Below, in pieces: positions 1-7,256 of a DNA stretch of 64,000 bases. Both the position numbers and the translations under genes were made by a program. The notes below the pieces were generated by a model. The model searched no databases. It saw nothing but the letters and a program-made list of their open reading frames with translations, and was not told where the DNA came from. The DNA comes from a virus (lineage: Duplodnaviria > Caudoviricetes), in the IMG/VR virus record IMGVR_UViG_2706795740_000001, positions 1-64,000 of that record; one strand, 5' to 3'. Positions within the stretch are counted from its first letter, which is position 1. The number at the start of each line of letters is the position of its first letter.

Positions 1-259
1 ACCTTCGCTGCCTCTCTTTTTCACCTCATAGAATGGGCGTACACAAACGAAACATATCCAGTGAATAAGAATATAGGGACAACACGTAAAAGAGCGTTCA
101 AGGGCAATACAGGCGCTCACAGACGCATTACGTACATTCGTTCCCGTATAGATGTCTGCCATGTACTTACAAGAGTAGTTCTTCTCTCCTCTCCCCTATA
201 AGCGGAACTCGATGTCAAGTACCAGAAACAGGAAAATAATAGCCCACGTGACCCTGTTT

Positions 260-288
260 TGGTCACATAATGCTGTATTATGAGACCA
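260..288. other. dif/lox-like recombination site (11-bp inverted arms, 7-bp spacer)
   Basis: TGGTCACATAA-tgctgta-TTATGAGACCA; arms differ at 1 position; has the CATAA/TTATG core of Xer sites; 10 bp of the arm recur in the xerD-like promoter (59020-59029). Confidence 0.6.
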
Positions 289-453
289 TAGCGCCTGAAC
301 ATTTTACAACTACCCCACCCAGTGCCGAATGAATTCATTTTTCAGTCTCAGCGGCGGTTAAGCCTCGTAAAACCTGTGGGAAATTTTTAGTGATTTTATG
401 TGCGTACATGGGCTATAATTGCAGGTGAAATCTGGCTATTTGGAGGTGGCGTA

Positions 454-624
454 ATGCTGTTCGAACTATTGCTAGTGGGCTTGGTCGGCTATGGTACATA
501 CAAAGGAACTAAAGGAATGTGGCGCAGGGCTAAACAGGCACATTGGGCATGGGGTCTGCTCATTCCAGTATTGGGCATTATCCTCTTCTTTATGTATATG
601 GTCTGGGTGTCCAGCTTCGGATAA
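454..624 (+). CDS. small membrane protein, two hydrophobic segments
   Basis: SD GGAGGTG before ATG 454, inside track ORF 400..624. Confidence 0.7.
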   Translation: MLFELLLVGLVGYGTYKGTKGMWRRAKQAHWAWGLLIPVLGIILFFMYMVWVSSFG

Positions 625-719
625 GACATGATCTGAAAAAACATAGGAAAAATTTTCCTAAACATGTATGTACGTACAAATTAATGGTTAGAATGTCTAC
701 TATAACGCTCCTGCTCATG

Positions 720-783
720 CTGTCTGTCAGACTACAACTAAAGGCTGGCCCACGGCGACCTTAGACTGTAGTCTGACAGACAG
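720..783 (+). promoter_or_regulatory. long hairpin overlapping the SD of the 795..917 peptide
   Basis: perfect 17-bp inverted repeat CTGTCTGTCAGACTACA (720-736) / TGTAGTCTGACAGACAG (767-783). Confidence 0.7.
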
Positions 784-794
784 GAGATGATTTG

Positions 795-917
795 ATGACT
801 ATTACCGTAGCAGACAAACAAAACGTAGAGATGAAAGAACCAGCTTCGGCCAAGCGCAAATGGAAACTCCAATTAGATAAAAAGTGCCCAGACGCAATGA
901 TGTGTCCTATGGTATAA
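795..917 (+). CDS. 40-aa peptide MTITVADKQNVEMKEPASAKRKWKLQLDKKCPDAMMCPMV
   Basis: SD CAGGAG at 781-786, ATG 795, TAA 915-917; below track size cut-off. Confidence 0.6.
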   Translation: MTITVADKQNVEMKEPASAKRKWKLQLDKKCPDAMMCPMV

Positions 918-1056
918 ATGAAAGCACACAGCACCCCTGTAATAAGCTACAAAGAAATCATGGATGTATGTTGAGGTTGGCAAAGCCACTTAAGGCATTA
1001 AAAATAAAATAAGAGAAAATCAGGGGAATTCCAGTTATCGGCGGAATACCCTCTTT

Positions 1057-1350
1057 TTAATCAAAATATCGGTCTAAATAGTCCAATTTGTGGATGTAAA
1101 ATTTACCGTCATTTATCATGTGTTTCCGCAGTCTTTTGACAAACTCCGGGTCATCTAAAGCAAGTTCCACAATGAACGCCATAACACTTCCATGCGAACG
1201 ATTCCGTTTCATTCGTCTGGCAAATTTCGGCTGATTGAAGTCCATGTTGTCTGCAATATGCCCAAGTAAGTCATACATAGTCCGAGAAACGGTTGAACTA
1301 ATTCGCGGATGTCCCTTGTAACGTTCTGACTCATTCTTCATAGCTACCAC
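1057..1350 (-). CDS. small protein, probable ribbon-helix-helix DNA binder
   Basis: RISSTVSRTMYDLLGHIA strand-helix pattern; SD present; downstream of rep. Confidence 0.55.
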   Translation of the reverse strand: MVAMKNESERYKGHPRISSTVSRTMYDLLGHIADNMDFNQPKFARRMKRNRSHGSVMAFIVELALDDPEFVKRLRKHMINDGKFYIHKLDYLDRYFD

Positions 1351-1468
1351 ACTCCCCTAATTCATCATACTCAAAAATTTTTCAAAAATTCCTAGATAGA
1401 GGGCGTACCTCAGTGTGCAGTTCAGCACTGGAAGTCCAGTAGTTAGTAGGGAATAGAGAGCATACGTT

Positions 1469-2512
1469 CTATCGGACAATGAATCTCAAAGTCACGTTTG
1501 ACAGTCCAATAGACATAAAGGCTTCAATGAAGAGTTCCTGATAACGGTTTTCTAGCCAGTCACGTTGAAAGTCGTTATCGCATAAAATAACGAACGAAGG
1601 AATATTATTGTCTTCAGGAACAATGTCCACCGTTTTTATCCACGTGTCGAATGATGGTTTGGACACTTTATTTTTGAGGTAATTTTGGAACTGCTCTTTA
1701 ATATTATTATTAGGTAAGGATAAATGATTAAGATTGTCTTGCTTAGTATTGTATTTATTAGGGGGCAGATTTTGATACACCCCTCCGTCAGAACTTGACC
1801 CGCCCTCCGTCAGATTTTGAGGCCAGTCAAATAATGATGGGTGTGGGTCAAAATTTGACGCACCTTTTTGAGGTACTTTATCCACAAAATCCCCATTGTC
1901 CACATTATCCACAGGCTTATTCGGATTTGATGTAGGTGCATCAGATTTTGACCCACCCTTAGCAGATTTTGATGGTTTAGATGGTTTTGGGTACTCTGGT
2001 GCATTTGACAATGTGATGCGCTCAGATTTTTCAATATCTGCAAGGTACTCTTGGTGTTTCTCTTGTAATCGTTTTGGAAGAGATTGGTATTGTTCTACTG
2101 ATAGGAACGGAGTTGTCTTACGGATAAAGTAGATATTGTTTTCATTCTCTTCCTTATCTTCATTGATAACTTGTACTTGAAGAACGAACCCAAGCTCCTC
2201 TAAATCCTTAATAGCGGCTTTGACAGTATTTACACTCATGTCACAAATGTCTGCCAATGTTTGCAGTGATGGGTACGAATATTCCTTATTTCCGTACGCG
2301 AATTGAGTCAGAACCATGAAAACACGGAAATTACGTGCACCCATAATACGTCCCCAAAACATATTAAAGTAGTTTGTGACAATGACTTTGTTGCCCTGAA
2401 TCTCAGGCATGCGTGTTCCGTCTTCAAGTGACAGATTGTTAAAAGCATCTGGTGCGAGTTCAATCCACTCATTCTTTGTGCCTTTTAGTCGTACTTTATA
2501 TGTAATTCTCAT
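1469..2512 (-). CDS. replication initiator (N-terminal HTH_36-type domain, C-terminal DnaA domain I-like)
   Basis: YPSLQTLADICDMSVNTVKAAIKDLEELGFV HTH; C-terminal SKPSFDTWIK...NDFQRDWLENRY resembles DnaA_N; iterons in the linker-coding DNA. Confidence 0.85.
   Translation of the reverse strand: MRITYKVRLKGTKNEWIELAPDAFNNLSLEDGTRMPEIQGNKVIVTNYFNMFWGRIMGARNFRVFMVLTQFAYGNKEYSYPSLQTLADICDMSVNTVKAAIKDLEELGFVLQVQVINEDKEENENNIYFIRKTTPFLSVEQYQSLPKRLQEKHQEYLADIEKSERITLSNAPEYPKPSKPSKSAKGGSKSDAPTSNPNKPVDNVDNGDFVDKVPQKGASNFDPHPSLFDWPQNLTEGGSSSDGGVYQNLPPNKYNTKQDNLNHLSLPNNNIKEQFQNYLKNKVSKPSFDTWIKTVDIVPEDNNIPSFVILCDNDFQRDWLENRYQELFIEAFMSIGLSNVTLRFIVR
1690..1975. other. intragenic replication origin: AT-rich tract, iterons and DnaA boxes
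   Basis: CAGATTTTGA at 1766, 1811, 1942, 1963 plus variants at 1789, 1828, 1849, 1921; TTATCCACA at 1878 and 1905, TTGTCCACA at 1896. Confidence 0.8.
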
Positions 2513-2558
2513 GACTTTGCGCCCCTTAGAAATATTTGTATTAAGTGCGCCAAAAGCC

Positions 2559-2587
2559 TTGTCCCATGCGGTTTTTTGAGGTATAAT
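2559..2587 (+). promoter_or_regulatory. sigmaA-type promoter pointing away from rep
   Basis: TTGTCC-N17-TATAAT. Confidence 0.7.
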
Positions 2588-2593
2588 AAGGGT

Positions 2594-2762
2594 ACAATCT
2601 TATTTTTGGCAATAAGAAAGGAGACCCCTGCATCCTCATTTTTTTTGCGGGAGTTGACTTTTGGTAGTTCGTCTGGTGCTTCCAACACCGTCGAACGGAA
2701 TAATTTTCATCTAAATCTAATCATTTTATCTTTGAGACCTCTGCGGAGGTCTTCTTTTTTTT
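2594..2762 (+). ncRNA. putative antisense copy-control RNA to the rep leader
   Basis: promoter 2559-2587, internal hairpin ~2668-2698, terminator AGACCTC-tgcg-GAGGTCT plus T-run ending ~2762. Confidence 0.55.
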
Positions 2763-2874
2763 ATCCAAGAAGGATTGTAACTACCTCTAATCATACTAAA
2801 AAATTTACCAAATTGCTAGTGGGTTCTAGCGATTTTAGGTTTTCAAAATCAGCATAATAGCGCAGGTTTCAGCA

Positions 2875-3045
2875 ATCAAGGTGAAAAAAGAGTGAAAATC
2901 TTCACCTCTTTTCACCTCAAAAGGTGCAAAAAGAGTGATAAAAAGGTGAAAGTTTCACCTTAAACACACCTTTTTATCACCTTTCTTTCACCTGTATTCA
3001 CCTTTTTATCACCCTATTTACACCCTTTTTTCACCTTATTTTTAT
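2875..3045. repeat. parC-like centromere array
   Basis: over a dozen AAAAGGTG/CACCTTTT-like units in both orientations, many ~10-11 bp apart, directly upstream of the actin-like gene. Confidence 0.75.
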
Positions 3046-3121
3046 CTTGCGGTATTGCATTGATTGTATATTCATGGTAAATTGAACTCAGTAACGCAAC
3101 TAACAAGGGGGAAATAACGAC

Positions 3122-4288
3122 ATGGTTTTGAGAGAATTGGTTTGGGCAATGGATGATGGATTTGGTGACGACAAGGGGTTTGATGGAGAAGAGACTCTTC
3201 TTGTGCCTAATTACATAAAACCAGTCGGTAGAATTTACACCGATGATGAGACTTCTGACATCTCACCGGATGAGAGAATCATCGCTGAAGTACATGAGAA
3301 GATTAAACAGCCTCGTATTAAATTCGAAGATGCTGAAGGGGAATTCCCCGCCGATCAGTACCGGACGGAGAAGTATATCGTAGGCATCGGAGCTTTGGAG
3401 AAGGAAAAGGGGAGTGACTGGAACGGTTCTTTGGAATTTAAGCACATGGACGTAGATTTCAAGCCGTACTTGAGCACGTGCCTGTGCTTGATGGCAGAGC
3501 GCTACCCTGAAGAAATCGAAGTGGACTTGCTTGTCATGGGGCTTCCAGTAGATGAGCATGAGAAAGGTGATAGAAAGACGTTCCTGAAGAGTTTAGCGGT
3601 CGGTACGCACCATGTGACCATCACGAAAGGTAATGAAGAGCCTTTCACTCGAATCGTGCATGTTAAGGACGTTCTTATATATAAGCAACCGATGGGTACA
3701 GTTTACTTCTACGTATTTGATGATATGGGTAAATTTAAGAAGGATTCTATTGCTGAGGACTTCAATGTGGTTTCGGATATCGGAGCACGAACGCACAACG
3801 TCTATGCTTGCAAAGAAATGCGCAAAGAGGACGACTATCTAGGAAGCTCCGAGTCTGGTATTTACTCTGCATATGAGTTTGTTCGTGATCAACTGGCCAA
3901 CATGGACATTAAGGTGACTGTTGCTCAATTGGTTGCCCGTTTGGAGACAAAAGAAATCAACGGATACGATTTTGCTCCATTACTGGACAAGGCCTACCAG
4001 CGATTAGCCAGTACCATCATTAAAGAGTTGACAACAAAAATTCAGCAGTCCAAAGACACTATCAATCGAATCATCTTCACAGGCGGAGGCAGTGAGGTGC
4101 TTAAAGAATACTTGTTACCGTTGGCGAAAGCTGTGTTCAAGAAGCAGGAGATTATATGGGGAGACAGGTTCACTACTGTTAAGGGCTATCGTAATGCAGG
4201 TGTCCGAGCAATTTTGAACAAGAAGAAATCTCCTCGCCAAATTACTGCTGTTGGTGCAAAGATTACAAATAAGAGGGATGAGGTATAA
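3122..4288 (+). CDS. parM: ParM/StbA-family actin-like partition ATPase
   Basis: actin motifs MDDGFGDDK, SDIGARTHN, IIFTGGGSE. Confidence 0.9.
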   Translation: MVLRELVWAMDDGFGDDKGFDGEETLLVPNYIKPVGRIYTDDETSDISPDERIIAEVHEKIKQPRIKFEDAEGEFPADQYRTEKYIVGIGALEKEKGSDWNGSLEFKHMDVDFKPYLSTCLCLMAERYPEEIEVDLLVMGLPVDEHEKGDRKTFLKSLAVGTHHVTITKGNEEPFTRIVHVKDVLIYKQPMGTVYFYVFDDMGKFKKDSIAEDFNVVSDIGARTHNVYACKEMRKEDDYLGSSESGIYSAYEFVRDQLANMDIKVTVAQLVARLETKEINGYDFAPLLDKAYQRLASTIIKELTTKIQQSKDTINRIIFTGGGSEVLKEYLLPLAKAVFKKQEIIWGDRFTTVKGYRNAGVRAILNKKKSPRQITAVGAKITNKRDEV

Positions 4289-4596
4289 TGGATATCCTGA
4301 AGAAGGGTTTGCGGCGCAATATGTATCTACGAGCAAGGAAGGATAGGGACTTGCTTCAGGTAGTCAAAGACGCGGGTCTGGACGTTGATGGGAACGGCGA
4401 CTTTGCACATTTCATAAGAGAGTTAATGCGCGATGGCGTACGTTATCGCCACCTTGTTGCTACTGGGCAACTTCAGGGGAACGTACATTTGCCTGTATCA
4501 AATTTTACCCCACCTGTAGAAGACGAATCAGAAAGATTGGAAAGAAAATACGGGGCTACTGTAGACGAAGGAATGTTAGCAGAAGGGGAAGTCTGA
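4288..4596 (+). CDS. ParR-like centromere-binding adaptor
   Basis: overlaps parM stop; RHH-like N-terminus (RRNMYLRARKDRDLL...FIRELMRDG) and acidic tail. Confidence 0.7.
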   Translation: MDILKKGLRRNMYLRARKDRDLLQVVKDAGLDVDGNGDFAHFIRELMRDGVRYRHLVATGQLQGNVHLPVSNFTPPVEDESERLERKYGATVDEGMLAEGEV

Positions 4597-4673
4597 TATA
4601 AAGGCTTTACTTTGAATATTTTTTTTAAGGATGGCTTGTATTACAAGCACTCAAAAGAAATAGGCGTATACTA

Positions 4674-4787
4674 AGCAAGGGGTATGTTGATAATTAGCAT
4701 ATGGCAGTGTCTGCGGTTTCACTGTTCATTGCTCTCCCTTGCTCGATAGGGTCTCTCCTTTCGTTAGGGGAGACTCGTTTTCTTTTC
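4674..4787 (+). ncRNA. putative structured small RNA with terminator
   Basis: AGCAAGGG/CCCTTGCT closing stem around two hairpins, then GC stem 4749-4776 and T-rich tail; TATACT just upstream. Confidence 0.45.
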
Positions 4788-5000
4788 TATCTCAAACATA
4801 CTCAGCTTGGACGTACTGAATTTGTTCACTTACATACACGTATCAAGAGGAACTGGGGTCAAGAGACTTCAGTTCCTTTTTTAATTCCTCTAATTGTTTC
4901 TTAACATTAAGCATAGTACTACGGATTATTTTCTTTGTGATATTCTATCGCAACTCAAGAAGCACATAGAACGACCATAAATAGTAGAGGGGTAATACAA

Positions 5001-5072
5001 ATGAATAAGAAGTCTTGGTATGCGTATTTCATGAGTATTGCTGAGACGGGTAAGACATGTAACTTATGTTGA
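5001..5072 (+). pseudogene. N-terminal remnant resembling dCMP deaminase
   Basis: SD GAGGGG; MNKKSWYAYFMSIAETGKTCNLC resembles the sWdeYFMxIA start of dCMP deaminases; stop after 23 codons. Confidence 0.45.
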
Positions 5073-5110
5073 ACTGTAGTACACCAACTACTTAAAAGGG
5101 AGAGATTTAG

Positions 5111-5347
5111 ATGCTAGATAAACTGTTTGAAATGATAGACGAGAAATATGGTAATAACACTTTCTTTATGGGACTAGCATTTAAATTCCATAACGGAATT
5201 GCAATAATAGACAAGTACTTTAGCGATGAGATTGAAGATGGGTTTGTGGTAGAGTTCGCGAGTTACATTGATACCGAGCCGCCAGTGTCCGTGGTCTTAA
5301 AAGATAAAGAGGAACTGCATACGTTCCTGAAGGAAGTTGCCCTGTAA
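5111..5347 (+). CDS. hypothetical protein
   Basis: SD AAGGGAG; terminator hairpin 5339-5365. Confidence 0.7.
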   Translation: MLDKLFEMIDEKYGNNTFFMGLAFKFHNGIAIIDKYFSDEIEDGFVVEFASYIDTEPPVSVVLKDKEELHTFLKEVAL

Positions 5348-5519
5348 TCAACAGGGCTTTTTCTTTTGTGTAGATACTAGCTACGCATGTTATGTAGTAA
5401 AAAATTTTCAGAAATTACTTTAACCAGAGGACAAGTTTGTACATAATTCATGGACATAAATATTTTATCGTCTAACTACCTTTACTTTTTATTTTCTACC
5501 TTAATGTGGTATTATAAGA

Positions 5520-5672
5520 ATACAAGCGCATATAATAAAAAAGACCGCAAGATGCGTGAACATCTTACGGTATGTGTACAAGAGACTTTCACCTCAAAGG
5601 GTCGGCTCACATATCGACTGAAGATTAGACACTCCCCTCAGTTTCCAGGCTCAAGGGAGGTCATTTCTTTTT
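5520..5672 (+). ncRNA. putative type I antitoxin RNA
   Basis: extended -10 TGTGGTATTAT at ~5505-5515; convergent with the toxin 3' end; CTCCCCT..AGGGAG hairpin followed by a T-rich tail. Confidence 0.55.
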
Positions 5673-5744
5673 ATCGGATGTCAGTATAGCAACAATTAAT
5701 AATCCAAATGCGATCATTAATGAAATTGCTTCATATACTGTCAT
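5661..5744 (-). CDS. type I toxin, BsrE/BsrG (holin-like toxin) family, 27 aa
   Basis: MTVYEAISLMIAFGLLIVAILTSDKKK: hydrophobic helix plus KKK tail; SD GAAAGGGG. Confidence 0.9.
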   Translation of the reverse strand: MTVYEAISLMIAFGLLIVAILTSDKKK

Positions 5745-5896
5745 ATTCTCAACCCCTTTCCCTTATCTAGGGCAAAAAGAGAGTGAGCCGACCACCCTTG
5801 AGAGAGCCGATTCTATTGGGTTAAGGTGAATTATAGCAGTAAATGGAATATTTAGCCAACAGCCTGATAAATAAAATCTATCGAGCTTTCTTATAC

Positions 5897-5932
5897 AAAA
5901 AAAAAGACACTCCTTCGGGAGTGTCTTTTTTT
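5897..5932. terminator. bidirectional intrinsic terminator ending the tRNA operon
   Basis: A-run GACACTCC-ttcg-GGAGTGTC T-run. Confidence 0.9.
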
Positions 5933-6276
5933 GCTAACCACTCAGCTAGGCGGCTCTGTCAGGTCAATTAACAACCACCTGTATACCGTCACCCTAGATT
6001 TTATCGAACTTTGGCGGGCTAGCCCTGAACAGGATTTCTCTGCCCCTTTAAGCCTTAACCTTTGTATAGTTTATAAGAACTTTGACCCTTCAACTTTGCT
6101 TCTTTGAGGCTTGAAATTTGAACTTTGAAGCCATAAGTAAGAATTCTATAACATGGCCGCATAGATTAATATCTTCCTCATCCAGAAGTATATGCTACAG
6201 CACGTAGTATAAGTTGTTGTGCGATGTCTCCCCACCGCACTAGGGTGTTAAGGTTGACAGATATCGAGTGACTAGC
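5933..6276 (-). ncRNA. unassigned ~340-nt structured RNA with heptamer-periodic AAAG tract
   Basis: nested pairings 5933-5943/6266-6276, 5956-5961/6255-6260, 5990-5997/6240-6247; no ORF in track; repeat tract 6043-6132. Confidence 0.65.
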
Positions 6277-6277
6277 A

Positions 6278-6355
6278 AGCCGTAGGTGGGGCGGCGTATC
6301 CCACATCTCTTTCTACCACGAGGGCGCGACGGAAACCTTTCCATCCTCTACGGCT
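6278..6355 (-). ncRNA. 78-nt four-way-junction RNA element
   Basis: AGCCGTAG/CTACGGCT closing stem with three internal hairpins. Confidence 0.5.
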
Positions 6356-6364
6356 GTTGTATGA

Positions 6365-7003
6365 TTATCCTACCGTAATTTTTGTCAAGGTGTTGCTCTC
6401 TGACAAACGGTAGTCGATCTGTGTCAAGAAGGTTTCAATTTCCGCCATCAGCTTATCAATCACCGCACGGATACCGATTGGGTCAACAAGATAGGCTTCG
6501 TTGTCTCCCTTAAAGTTCTTGGAGATTGCTTCAGCTTCGACTTCCTTGCCTTTCCGATCAGTTCCGAGCGAGATTTTCAACAACTCTTCAAGACGGGCCT
6601 GAACATTACGATTCTCTGCATCTACAGAACGTACAGCGTCGTTAAGGTCGGTAGTCAGCTTGCGCAGGAGCGCCTGACGGTAAACAATCGTTTTCTTGCG
6701 TTCAATTGCGTCCGCCACAGTTAGCTCTTCATCGCCGACACGCACTTTAGTGACGGCATTAGAGTGGACGATTGCGGCCTTAATTGCATCACGGCGTTTA
6801 ATTAAATCAGTGACCGATTGGTAAGCTGATTTTGCATAAGCCTCGAACTCTTCTACAGACTTGAATCCACTCACAGACTTCTTACCCACCGCAAAAGATA
6901 CAAAGTTTACTACGTTAGTAACGCTGTTGATTCGTTTATCAAGCAGTTTCAATTCAGCCAGCGCTTGATGGATGGACATTGTATTGGTGTTTTCCATTGT
7001 CAA
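6365..7003 (-). CDS. coiled-coil protein, DIP1984/'septicolysin'-annotated-like family, function unknown
   Basis: MSIHQALAELKLLDKRI...IKAAIVHSNAVT...LTVADAIERK...IDYRLSESN pattern recognised from memory; SD GGGGA. Confidence 0.65.
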   Translation of the reverse strand: MTMENTNTMSIHQALAELKLLDKRINSVTNVVNFVSFAVGKKSVSGFKSVEEFEAYAKSAYQSVTDLIKRRDAIKAAIVHSNAVTKVRVGDEELTVADAIERKKTIVYRQALLRKLTTDLNDAVRSVDAENRNVQARLEELLKISLGTDRKGKEVEAEAISKNFKGDNEAYLVDPIGIRAVIDKLMAEIETFLTQIDYRLSESNTLTKITVG

Positions 7004-7031
7004 AATCCCCCGATATTTTTGAGTTTTAATC

Positions 7032-7168
7032 GTTTGTAGTCACATGAAAAATTACGTAGTGAGGTCACCATCCTCCAATCATGTTGTTCCCCTCAAGATT
7101 AGCCACAGGGCTAGATGCGGCTGTTGTTCGGAACAAGTCCTATCGTAATCTTACATCTAACTACAAAC
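7032..7168 (-). ncRNA. 137-nt structured RNA or leader between tRNA-Asn and the 6365..7003 gene
   Basis: terminal stem GTTTGTAGT/ACTACAAAC extended by AAGATTACG/CGTAATTTT; inner stems TTGTTCC/GGAACAA and AGCCGCA/TGTGGCT. Confidence 0.5.
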
Positions 7169-7177
7169 TACTATGTA

Positions 7178-7252
7178 TGGCAGGGAAGGCAGGACTCGAA
7201 CCTGCAACATACGCATTAACAGTGCGTCGTTCTACCATTGAACTACTACCCT
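7178..7252 (-). tRNA. tRNA-Asn (GTT)
   Basis: cloverleaf, ACGCA-CTGTTAA-TGCGT, GGTTCGAGTCC, encoded CCA. Confidence 0.9.
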
Positions 7253-7256
7253 AAAG

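Noticed and set aside
543-764. 73-aa ORF
   Set aside because: Overlaps the membrane-protein gene out of frame and ends within the hairpin; no SD
1457-1470. LexA (Cheo) box-like GAGC-ATAC-GTTC, also 131-144
   Set aside because: Each has a mismatch in the core and no clear promoter context; expected by chance
2576-2857. 93-aa ORF
   Set aside because: Starts inside the promoter and runs through a terminator
4701-4904. 67-aa ORF
   Set aside because: No SD and crosses two terminator-like hairpins
5450-5689. 79-aa ORF
   Set aside because: No SD; overlaps the antitoxin region and the real toxin on the opposite strand
6043-6132. Type III antitoxin (ToxI-like) or CRISPR repeats
   Set aside because: Unit is ~7 nt rather than 34-57 nt, and the adjacent protein is not ToxN-like
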